Shown here piece by piece: positions 17,452 through 25,348 of a DNA stretch of 43,759 nt (position 1 is its first letter; every line of letters begins with the position of its first letter). Made by a program: the position numbers and the translations under genes. The notes below the pieces were generated by a model. The model had not been told where the DNA came from and ran no database searches. It saw only the letters and a list, made by a program, of their open reading frames with translations. The stretch comes from a virus (taxonomy: Duplodnaviria > Caudoviricetes), in IMG/VR virus record IMGVR_UViG_3300016263_000854, positions 1 to 43,759 of that record; one strand, given 5' to 3'.

Positions 17452-18420
17452 ATGGCCGAAACTCTCCGCTCTAATGTCATCATCCCCGACATTTTTGAGC
17501 CGTACATCGAAGAGCAAACCACTCTTCGCAATGCCTTCATCAGCAGCGGCGTTGTTCAGCCCATGGCTGAGCTGAACGCTACTGAGGGTGGCGACTTCAT
17601 CAACATCCCGAACTGGGTAGCCAACCTGAGCGGCGACGCTGAGGTTCTGAGCGACTCTGGTTCGCTGACTCCTGGCAACATCACCGCCGATAAGCAACGC
17701 GCTGTGGTGCTGCATCGTGGGCGGGCCTTTGGATCTCGGGACCTCGCGGCCTTGGCAGCTGGCTCGGACCCCTTGGCCGCTATCGGTAACAAGGTGGCTT
17801 CCTACATCGCCAACCAGCAGCAGAAAGATCTGCTGGCTTGCCTGACTGGCGCCTTCGCAACCGCTCTGTCCACCCTGAGCGTTGCCACCACCGAGGCATA
17901 CCCCACCGCCGCCATGGTGTCGGGTGCTCGCGCCAAGCTTGGCGATCAGGGCGAGAAGCTGTCTGTGATGGCTCTCCACAGCTCGGCTTACTACAAGCTG
18001 GTTGAGCTGAAGGCCCTCGACTACGTGGCCGCTGGTGATCTGGGCCTGACCGCTGACAGCACCTCCGCTGTTGTCGGTGGCTCCCGCGCTGGCAGCTTCG
18101 GTGACGTTCGTGTACCCACCTACATGAACTGCCGTCTGGTCGTGTCTGACGACCTGGGCGCTAACGATGTCTGGTTCTTCACCCCTGGCGCAATCGCTAG
18201 CGGCGAGCAAGCCGGTCTTCGCAGCGAGCAGGACCGCGACATCCTGGCCAAGGCGAGCTACATCAGCTTCGACTGGCACAACGTCTTCCACCCCATCGGT
18301 GTGAAGTACGTGGGCACCGGTGCCAACCCCAACCGCACCACCCTTGAGACCGGTTCCAACTGGGAGCAGGTGTTCGATGACAAGAACATCGGCATCATCA
18401 AGGGTCTGCTGAACGACTGA
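17452..18420 (+). CDS. Major capsid protein
   Basis: IIPDIF.PY, GGDFINIP.W, AAGSDPL.AIG, EQDRDILAK and HP.G motifs; SD AAGGAG; strongly biased codon use. Confidence 0.9.
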   Translation: MAETLRSNVIIPDIFEPYIEEQTTLRNAFISSGVVQPMAELNATEGGDFINIPNWVANLSGDAEVLSDSGSLTPGNITADKQRAVVLHRGRAFGSRDLAALAAGSDPLAAIGNKVASYIANQQQKDLLACLTGAFATALSTLSVATTEAYPTAAMVSGARAKLGDQGEKLSVMALHSSAYYKLVELKALDYVAAGDLGLTADSTSAVVGGSRAGSFGDVRVPTYMNCRLVVSDDLGANDVWFFTPGAIASGEQAGLRSEQDRDILAKASYISFDWHNVFHPIGVKYVGTGANPNRTTLETGSNWEQVFDDKNIGIIKGLLND

Positions 18421-18590
18421 TGGGACTGACCGGGTTCAACCTGGCCCGGCGCAAGGAGGAGGCTGCTAACGCGGCCTCCCTTTCTTGCCCCGCACCGGAA
18501 GCGGCCGCACCTGCGGTTGAAGAGGAGAAGCCAAAGCGCAAGCGTCGCGTCAAGCAGGACGCTGACGAAGCTTTGGAACCGGAAATCTAG
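18420..18590 (+). CDS. Small hypothetical protein after MCP (56 aa)
   Basis: Not in the track. MGLTGFNLARRKEEAA...EPEI*, TGATG-coupled to the MCP. Confidence 0.6.
   Translation: MGLTGFNLARRKEEAANAASLSCPAPEAAAPAVEEEKPKRKRRVKQDADEALEPEI
18458..18486 (+). terminator. Terminator-like hairpin after MCP
   Basis: GGAGGCTGC-TAAC-GCGGCCTCC-CTTTCTT. Confidence 0.55.
18581..18590 (+). promoter_or_regulatory. Late-gene motif GGAAATCTAG
   Basis: 18 nt before 18609. Confidence 0.7.
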
Positions 18591-18608
18591 GGCGCACCTC
18601 CTTAGCTC

Positions 18609-19151
18609 ATGGCTGCCACGATCATCGCCACGGTCGGTGCTGCCGACGCCAATAGCTACATCACGCTGGCTGAGGCGCAGGCTTACGCCGATGGCGACAT
18701 CGACGCAGCGGAGTGGGATAACTCGACAACCGACCAGAAGACGAGGGCGCTGATCACAGCCACCCGCAACTTAGATCTGGTCGGTTTTGTCGGGGTGCGC
18801 AGCACAACGACTCAAGCGTTGGCCTGGCCCCGCAAGGACTTCACGACCAGCGAGAAGACCTACGAGGACGACGAGGTTCCAAGTGAGATCAAGGTTGCTA
18901 CTTGGGAGCTTGTCAAAGCTTTGCTGAAAGACATTGTGATCGCTGGGTCGGCGGCAGGTAGTGCGTCTTTGCTCCCAGGCATTCCCAACAGCGGCTTGCA
19001 AAGGGTGAAGCTGGACGTAATGGAGGTGGAATGGAAGAAAGACAGGCAGCCGGCGATCACGCCTTTGAACGCGCTGCCTCAACTCAAGGATCTCCTGCAA
19101 GAGCTGATCTTGAACACGCCCGGCCAGACGATTGCAGTCGTGCGCAGCTAG
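18609..19151 (+). CDS. Head-tail adaptor (DnaT-like family)
   Basis: ANSYITLAEA...ALITAT..LD...QALAWPR; position after the MCP. Confidence 0.8.
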   Translation: MAATIIATVGAADANSYITLAEAQAYADGDIDAAEWDNSTTDQKTRALITATRNLDLVGFVGVRSTTTQALAWPRKDFTTSEKTYEDDEVPSEIKVATWELVKALLKDIVIAGSAAGSASLLPGIPNSGLQRVKLDVMEVEWKKDRQPAITPLNALPQLKDLLQELILNTPGQTIAVVRS

Positions 19152-19202
19152 GTCACAACCCGAAGAAAACGTAACTGGGTTAGGTACGTCTACACTGAGC
19201 CC

Positions 19203-19757
19203 ATGGCTCAGGTTGCCGACCCACAGCCAAGGTCTACGTCGGCGCGGCATCGACCCCGTACCGGCTACTTGGCCACGCCGTTGTCTCGTGACGAGCAGCG
19301 GATGGTGGCGCGGATGTACCGGGAGCACCAAGGCTTGCTGAGGCTGATGGGGCGCAAGCTCTGCCGCAAGTACCCGTTTGTCAGTGCAGAGGATGTGTTC
19401 AGCTGCATTGATCAGGCGTTTATCAAGACGTGCCGTGCATGGGTGCCGGCTAAGGGCACCTTCTCAACGCTGTTGACGGTGTTTGCCGAGGGTGACGTGC
19501 TGCACTTCATCCGCGACCACAACTGGACGTTGAAAGCACCGGGAGCGGTGCGGCGTAACGGGCAGCTGGCGCGAAAGCTGATGGAGAAAGGCTGCAGCCC
19601 TGGCGAGGTGATGATGAAGCTGGGTTTGACGGACGAGCAGCTGAAGTTGGCGCTCACCGCGACCAGCCCCACGGACCACGACATCCGCGGCTTCGACTTA
19701 CACGTCTGCCCCAGACCCAACCCATGGGAGTTGCTGGAAGCAGAGGAAGCAGGCTAA
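19203..19757 (+). CDS. Truncated sigma-70-family factor (SigF/SigB-like regions 2-3, no region 4)
   Basis: EDV..CIDQAFIKTCRAWVPAKGTFSTLLTVFAEGDVLHFIRDHNWTLKAP parallels the group-3 sigma pattern eDL.Q.G..GL.kA..rFdp.kG..FstYA...IrGei.hylRD....ir.P. Only 184 aa. Confidence 0.75.
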   Translation: MAQVADPQPRSTSARHRPRTGYLATPLSRDEQRMVARMYREHQGLLRLMGRKLCRKYPFVSAEDVFSCIDQAFIKTCRAWVPAKGTFSTLLTVFAEGDVLHFIRDHNWTLKAPGAVRRNGQLARKLMEKGCSPGEVMMKLGLTDEQLKLALTATSPTDHDIRGFDLHVCPRPNPWELLEAEEAG

Positions 19758-19758
19758 G

Positions 19759-19768
19759 GGCAACTTAG
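19759..19768 (+). promoter_or_regulatory. Late-gene motif GGCAACTTAG
   Basis: 24 nt before the major tail gene. Confidence 0.75.
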
Positions 19769-19792
19769 GTCAATCCTCCAGAACGGATCACA

Positions 19793-20278
19793 ATGGCCAC
19801 GGGTGCCTTTTTTGCCGCACTGGGCTACAAGCTGTGGGTCAAACTTGGCACCACCGCTAGCGCCGTGCCCACCTCCAGCACGGGAATGACCCGCGTGTTT
19901 TCGCTCGACAACACGGGTATTCAGGCCCAGAGCGACAGCCAAGATGTGCTGGACTACGACTCTGAGCAAGGCTTCCAAGCAAGCCTGATCACGGGTCAGA
20001 GCTACAGCATCCCTTGCTCGATGAACCTGTCTGTAACCGACGCCGGTTACAAGATTCTCAAGCAGGCTGCTCTTGAGGCGGCCAGCGGCACCGTTGTGCA
20101 GTGGTATCGGGAAACTCCTGTCACCGACGACTCCGGTGACGACCCCGAAGTCCACGCTGGTCTTGCTCAGGTTGGCTCGTTCTCCGAGGACATCCAGGCT
20201 GGCAATATCGCCAAGGTGAATTTTGATTTGATCGGCTTTGGGGCGTATGACTGGGTGGCTCAAGCCCCCGGCGCCTGA
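19793..20278 (+). CDS. Major tail (tube) protein
   Basis: 161 aa, beta-rich, ending IAKVNFDLIGFGAY; located upstream of the TMP. Confidence 0.75.
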   Translation: MATGAFFAALGYKLWVKLGTTASAVPTSSTGMTRVFSLDNTGIQAQSDSQDVLDYDSEQGFQASLITGQSYSIPCSMNLSVTDAGYKILKQAALEAASGTVVQWYRETPVTDDSGDDPEVHAGLAQVGSFSEDIQAGNIAKVNFDLIGFGAYDWVAQAPGA

Positions 20279-20288
20279 GTTAGTTAGG

Positions 20289-20313
20289 GGCCCGAGGTTT
20301 AACGCCTCGGGCC
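20289..20313. terminator. Hairpin between convergent genes (possibly bidirectional terminator)
   Basis: GGCCCGAGG-TTTAACG-CCTCGGGCC. Confidence 0.6.
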
Positions 20314-20802
20314 TTACGTACCTCTGAAGCTTCGCCAGACATTGGCGAAGACTTTTTCTGGCGGCCTGGCTTCAAAGGCTGCTTTGATCCAGTTACGGCC
20401 TGGGCGGTTGCCAACGTTGACGATCTCCCCGCGCACATTGACGTAGGAGCCATAGACACCACCTTCCAGCACCCGCCGGGCGTAGGGCGCAGTCCAGGCA
20501 ATGCTGAGCGAGGCGGTGTTTCCACGCCGGACGATCAGCGGATTCGTGATTGAGTCCATGAGTTTGCCGGTGTCCACGATGTCGCGGCGACCTGCTCTGA
20601 CGATCACACCGGGCAGCCCGGGTTCTGTCTCGCCTCCCAGTAGAAGGCTCTCTTCCCTCAAGGTGTCCCAACTCCAGTTCCAGAGCGGGTTGGCGATCTG
20701 GAGCGTGGTCTCCTCTACGTAAGTCGGGGCGACACGCCCAAGGGTGCTAGCGACCTTGGCCTCAAGCCGTGAAGCGTTCCAGCTGGTGAACCTGACCGGC
20801 AT
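20314..20802 (-). CDS. HK97 gp10-like tail completion/neck protein
   Basis: RDIVDTGKLMDSI, WTAPYA..V.EG and RP.RNWI motifs. Confidence 0.7.
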   Translation of the reverse strand: MPVRFTSWNASRLEAKVASTLGRVAPTYVEETTLQIANPLWNWSWDTLREESLLLGGETEPGLPGVIVRAGRRDIVDTGKLMDSITNPLIVRRGNTASLSIAWTAPYARRVLEGGVYGSYVNVRGEIVNVGNRPGRNWIKAAFEARPPEKVFANVWRSFRGT

Positions 20803-20804
20803 GA

Positions 20805-21197
20805 CTACTCCTTGGCGAGGAGCGTGATCTTGGTGCCGAGGAGCGTTGATAGCGGCGAGCCAAGAGCACCTTGATCGCCATAGCCAAGGCGCGAGCGGAT
20901 CACTTCAAAGCCCATCGGCGCTGCGGTTCCGAAGCTCAGGGTGCCGGTGCTCCCAATGCCGACGCGGGGGTCAAGGTTTTGCGGGGACACCACGTAGCCC
21001 TCGTAGAGCAGGCTGTTGGCATCAACGCCGGGAAAGACGGCCGGATCGACGTTGACCGCTTTAAGGAAGGCGGTGTATTCGACCTCTGCCCAAGCCGGAT
21101 AGACGTTGCCTGTATCCGGGTCAGTGAGCACACCTTCACCAGCAACGCGGAAGGAAACAGTCGCGTTTGCCAGCGGCAGCAGGGCTGAGGTGCTCAT
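20805..21197 (-). CDS. Putative head-closure/neck protein
   Basis: 130 aa, beta-rich, containing DPDTGN; upstream of the gp10-like gene. Confidence 0.55.
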   Translation of the reverse strand: MSTSALLPLANATVSFRVAGEGVLTDPDTGNVYPAWAEVEYTAFLKAVNVDPAVFPGVDANSLLYEGYVVSPQNLDPRVGIGSTGTLSFGTAAPMGFEVIRSRLGYGDQGALGSPLSTLLGTKITLLAKE

Positions 21198-21200
21198 ACC

Positions 21201-21223
21201 CAAGGTTGCCCCGGGCAACCTAG
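21201..21223. promoter_or_regulatory. Back-to-back pair of late motifs (divergent promoter)
   Basis: Minus-strand GGCAACCTTG (21210-21201) and plus-strand GGCAACCTAG (21214-21223). Confidence 0.7.
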
Positions 21224-21245
21224 TCGCACAGCAGTAGGTGAGACG

Positions 21246-24200
21246 GTGGCGGAGGACCTGGGCCAAGCCCAATTAACGCTAACCGTCAATCTTGATAAGT
21301 TCCGGGAGGATCTTCGGAACGCCAAGCGACTCGTAGCAAGCGAGCTTGGCGACGCTGGTGTCGGCAACAGCAGGACTCGCCGCGGGGGCTCACAACAGTC
21401 CACAGCTGCCGCTGAAGCAAGGGCTGAGAGAGCCCGTGAACGCAGGGTTCGCAGCGAGCAACGTGAAGTAGCCCGTCGCGGGCGGCAAGGCGGGGCTAGG
21501 GAGAACACCCGCGCCCTTGAGATTGCGCAGGAAAAGCGATTCCGTATCGCTCGACGCATTGACGATTTAGAGGAACGCGGCGCTGACGTAGCGAGGCTGC
21601 GGAATCGCCTCGGCCAGCTAACAGAGGCGCAGTCCAAGCGTCAGTTTGGGACCTTTAGGCAGGTCAGTCAGGAGCTTGCAAGACAAGTAACTCTGGAGGA
21701 GCGCCGAGTTACAGCTCAGCGCAGTCAACAGAGGGCGCAGCAGCAACAGGCTCGAATTGGTGCGCAGAACGGCGGTGCTCGTGAGTCGATCAACGCACTG
21801 CAGGATGCGCAGGACCGTCGATTCCGCCTCAGCCAGCGTATTAACCGCCTTGAGGAGCGTGGAGTTCGCGTTGACAAGCTGCGCTCGCAGCTAGGCGACC
21901 TCACCACCTCCTATGCCAACCGTCAGTTCGGCAGTGCAAAGCAGCTGTCTCGGGAGCTGGGCCGCCAAGTCACGCTGACTGAGGCACGGGCACGGCGTGA
22001 GCGTGAGGCACAGCAGGCGGTTGATCGCCGGACCAGAGCTGAGCAGGCGGCCACCGCACGCAGTGCCCGTATTGGCGGTCCCCGCTCTCCTATCCAAGGA
22101 AGCAGGTCGATCCCGGACTCGCCTGCGTTTTTGGATGCTCAGCGCAAGCGGCAAGCCAGTGACCTAGCTCGGGCAGCGCGAATTGGAGGTCCGAGAGAGC
22201 CGATCCAAGGGCGCAAGAACCTTGAGGGCTCACCTGCGTTCATTCGTGAGCAGGTCAAGCGCAGCACCGACATCTACAAGAAGTTCGTCGAGCAGCAGGC
22301 CCGAGAGCTGACGAGGGCTGCGCGTGCTGGCGGTCCCTCTGAGCCGATTCGTGGACGTGCTGATCTACCAGGATCACCTGCTGCGATCCAAGCCGACCAG
22401 CGGGCAAGGGCTATTGCCGCTCGTGAAGAACAGCGCCGTCGCCGAGAGGATGCAGCTCGGGTACGGGCACAGCGGGCTGAGGAGCTTCGGATTGCGCGGG
22501 GCAACGCATCCCCCGTTTCCGGTTTGCTACCGGGTGGTATTCGCATCCCGGGCTCCCCGGCAGCCAAGGGACGAGAACTCAACATCCGCAACAACTGGAA
22601 GCTGTTTCTCGATCAGCTTGTTGAGACGAAAGAGGTCATTGATAAAGAGAGTGCAAAAGCTTCCAGCCGTTTGCGGGCAGGGGGCGCTGGTGGCACCAAA
22701 CGTCTAGGTCCTGCAAGTCCAATTAGCGGTCGTTTAGTCAACGGCAGCGCCCTACCGGGATCGCCTGCTGCACTTGCGGATAGCGAACGCAAGCTGGCGG
22801 AGGCGCGTCGCAAGGTTGACGCCGACACTCGGAGGCTGGCTAAGGAGGAAACCAAGCACACCACCGACCGCCGCAAAAAGGTTGGGGAAGCAGTAGGAAG
22901 CGGCATTATTGGCGGTGCGTTCCCTGCGCTGTTTGGGCAGGGTGCTGGTGCGAGCCTTGGTGGTGCGCTTGGCGGCCTTGGCGGTGGGGCTTTAGGGGGG
23001 CAGTTTGGCTTTGGCCTAAGCCTTGTGGGCACAGCACTGGGCCAAGCGTTTGACACCGCCCTGCAAAAGGGACAAGACCTAGCGAAGGGTCTAGACGACC
23101 CGATTGGCAACTTCCAGCTGTTGGCGGATGCAGCGCTGTTCTCTAGCAAGGCGGTCGAGAAAAATGTCGGCTCTCTGATTGCTGCAGGGCGTGAAGAGGA
23201 AGCTGCTATTGCTGCCAGACGCGATCTGTCTCAGCAGTTCGGCAGTGCTGAAAACGCAAGAGCGTTTACAGAAGCCACAGATGAGCTGAATCGAGCCTGG
23301 ACACAGGCAACAGTTTCGCTGACTGCGTTTGTGGCCGGGCCCTTGGCCGACTTCTTGAAGTCGCTGGCAGTTGGCCTTGGGGGCAGCTCCGAGCAAAAGA
23401 GAGCAGAAGCGGATAACGCCCGTGCGATGGAGCTGGTCAACAAAGACCCCAAGCTTCGTCAGCAGTTTGTTGACCTGGCAAAACAACGCGGAGTCTCCCT
23501 AGACAGCAACCTTCAAGTTGGTGCAGGCGATCTAACAAAGCGCGTGGAACTCGTCAAGGAGTTTCTGAAGCTTCAAGGTGAGCTGACTGGCGCCCAACGT
23601 GAGCAGCAACAGCTTGATGCTGCTTCTGCAGATGCAGCCAAGCGCCGTTCGGACATAGAGAAGCTGACGCTTGGAATCATTGAAGACCAGGCCAGCGGAA
23701 ATCGAACTGGAGAACTAGAAAAGACAAAACGATTGCTGGGATTGCAGCAAACTAAGGAGTTGAACATACTTCCTTCTAACGCAACCGCTGTTGACAGGCA
23801 GGCTGTAAGAGACAAGTTTGCAAAAGAGCTGTTGAAGGTAGACAAAGAAAGACTCGCCCTCCAGAGAGAGCTAAATCTGACGATTGATCAAGAGTCAGCA
23901 AAACGCAACGAGATCGCTCAGCAGTTAGGGGTAGCGACTGCTAAGCGTGACGCGGCACTGGCGGCCGCAGACTCAGCTGCAAGCCCGGGCAACAGCACAC
24001 TCGCTGCAAGGGCTGGCCAATTAGAGGGTGTTGCGTTCCTCTCGCAGAACCGGTTGCGGGAAGAGCAGGCGATCACCAACGAGCGTCAACTGCAGGCGCA
24101 GTACGCCCAAGAGAGCGACTCCACAAAACGCTCTCAACTAGCAGAGCAGCTCAAAACAGCCGCTGACGAGGTACGTCTTGCTGGTGAGGAAGCCGGCGCA

Positions 24201-24590
24201 GCGTTAGCGGAGCGCGCTGCTAGCGCCGCGCAGTCTCTGCGCAGCGCCCAAGACAGCCTGCGCAGCACCCTCCAGGGCAACTTCCGCCTGCTGCCTGGAG
24301 CCCAGCGCCAATCGCTGCTTGCCCAGGCCCAAGCCGATGTAGAGCGCGGCCGCAACACCGGCATCATCCGCGACACGTTCCGCACCGGCAGCCGCCGCCG
24401 CCTGTTTGAAACCGCGGACTTCATCCGCAACGTTGAGCAGCAAACGGCGCAGGTTGCTCAACAGCAAGCGCTCGTTGATGCGTTGAACCAGAACACCAAC
24501 GCGGAACGCAACATCCGCATCAACGTGACGATGAATGCGGACGGCACGTTCAACGTCAACCAAACCGAGCAGCAAGCCGCACTCCTCTAA
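21246..24590 (+). CDS. Tail tape measure protein
   Basis: 1114 aa, helical A/R/Q/E-rich, N-terminal LG.A.LTL.VN, and a Gly-rich GGAFPALFGQG..ASLGG.LGG segment. Confidence 0.88.
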   Translation: MAEDLGQAQLTLTVNLDKFREDLRNAKRLVASELGDAGVGNSRTRRGGSQQSTAAAEARAERARERRVRSEQREVARRGRQGGARENTRALEIAQEKRFRIARRIDDLEERGADVARLRNRLGQLTEAQSKRQFGTFRQVSQELARQVTLEERRVTAQRSQQRAQQQQARIGAQNGGARESINALQDAQDRRFRLSQRINRLEERGVRVDKLRSQLGDLTTSYANRQFGSAKQLSRELGRQVTLTEARARREREAQQAVDRRTRAEQAATARSARIGGPRSPIQGSRSIPDSPAFLDAQRKRQASDLARAARIGGPREPIQGRKNLEGSPAFIREQVKRSTDIYKKFVEQQARELTRAARAGGPSEPIRGRADLPGSPAAIQADQRARAIAAREEQRRRREDAARVRAQRAEELRIARGNASPVSGLLPGGIRIPGSPAAKGRELNIRNNWKLFLDQLVETKEVIDKESAKASSRLRAGGAGGTKRLGPASPISGRLVNGSALPGSPAALADSERKLAEARRKVDADTRRLAKEETKHTTDRRKKVGEAVGSGIIGGAFPALFGQGAGASLGGALGGLGGGALGGQFGFGLSLVGTALGQAFDTALQKGQDLAKGLDDPIGNFQLLADAALFSSKAVEKNVGSLIAAGREEEAAIAARRDLSQQFGSAENARAFTEATDELNRAWTQATVSLTAFVAGPLADFLKSLAVGLGGSSEQKRAEADNARAMELVNKDPKLRQQFVDLAKQRGVSLDSNLQVGAGDLTKRVELVKEFLKLQGELTGAQREQQQLDAASADAAKRRSDIEKLTLGIIEDQASGNRTGELEKTKRLLGLQQTKELNILPSNATAVDRQAVRDKFAKELLKVDKERLALQRELNLTIDQESAKRNEIAQQLGVATAKRDAALAAADSAASPGNSTLAARAGQLEGVAFLSQNRLREEQAITNERQLQAQYAQESDSTKRSQLAEQLKTAADEVRLAGEEAGAALAERAASAAQSLRSAQDSLRSTLQGNFRLLPGAQRQSLLAQAQADVERGRNTGIIRDTFRTGSRRRLFETADFIRNVEQQTAQVAQQQALVDALNQNTNAERNIRINVTMNADGTFNVNQTEQQAALL

Positions 24591-25348
24591 TGGCGATCAC
24601 CCTCGGCTCCTTCACCTTCAACACACTGACCGCCCAGCCCTACGGCTTCGAGGAGCTGGAGGGGTATAGCGGCCTCAGTGCCCGCGCCTGGCGTGTCCAA
24701 GGTCTCTGCACCGAAGCCCAGTGGGCCTCGATCACCACGACTTACAGCACCTGGCGCGACACCCGGATTACCGACGAGGACACCCTGAAGAGCATGGTGG
24801 TCGGCACCACCGTCAACTTCTCGGGTAGCGCCGCGGGCCTGACCTGGACAGACATCCCCTGCTGGTTCCTTGCCGCCCCCACCGGTGAGCAGACCGGCGC
24901 TTACATCAGCGTCAGCTTCAGCATCGTCGACGCCGCCGAATACCTCGAAGCTCTTATCGCGCAGGAGGAGAAGAAGGCCGAGCGCGACGACGCACTGACG
25001 CCGGATCTGGGCATACTCACGATCAGCTACGGCGAGCACACGGCTGTTCTGACGCTCACCAAGCCACCGGAGTCGTATAGCAACACGCCCACGGTGCAGC
25101 TGACCGCGACCGGCAAACCCTATATAAGCGGCCCGCTAGCCGCCACCCGCATCATGGACGTGGAGGGCACCTGCGATGAGAGCAACTGGATTGCCCTCCA
25201 GAGCTGGTACGAGGCGATTGTGATTGACACCCCAGATGCGGGTACGTGGTATCCGACCTCAGCGCCCACTGCCACCGCCACTGCTGAGATCCAAGACGGT
25301 GTGAAGACGACGGTTTATTCCGTCACCCTGCAACTGACGCAACTCTGA
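24590..25348 (+). CDS. Distal tail (Dit-like) protein
   Basis: Follows the TMP. Its two halves resemble each other (LTAQP..Y / LTKPPESY; W.SITTTY / WIALQSWY; AAPT / SAPT). Confidence 0.6.
   Translation: MAITLGSFTFNTLTAQPYGFEELEGYSGLSARAWRVQGLCTEAQWASITTTYSTWRDTRITDEDTLKSMVVGTTVNFSGSAAGLTWTDIPCWFLAAPTGEQTGAYISVSFSIVDAAEYLEALIAQEEKKAERDDALTPDLGILTISYGEHTAVLTLTKPPESYSNTPTVQLTATGKPYISGPLAATRIMDVEGTCDESNWIALQSWYEAIVIDTPDAGTWYPTSAPTATATAEIQDGVKTTVYSVTLQLTQL

Noticed and set aside
17074-18291. Long antisense ORFs (17074-18291, 31936-32886, 2205-2870, 3704-4315 and similar)
   Set aside because: These are shadows of GC-rich, codon-biased genes on the other strand and carry no recognisable motifs.
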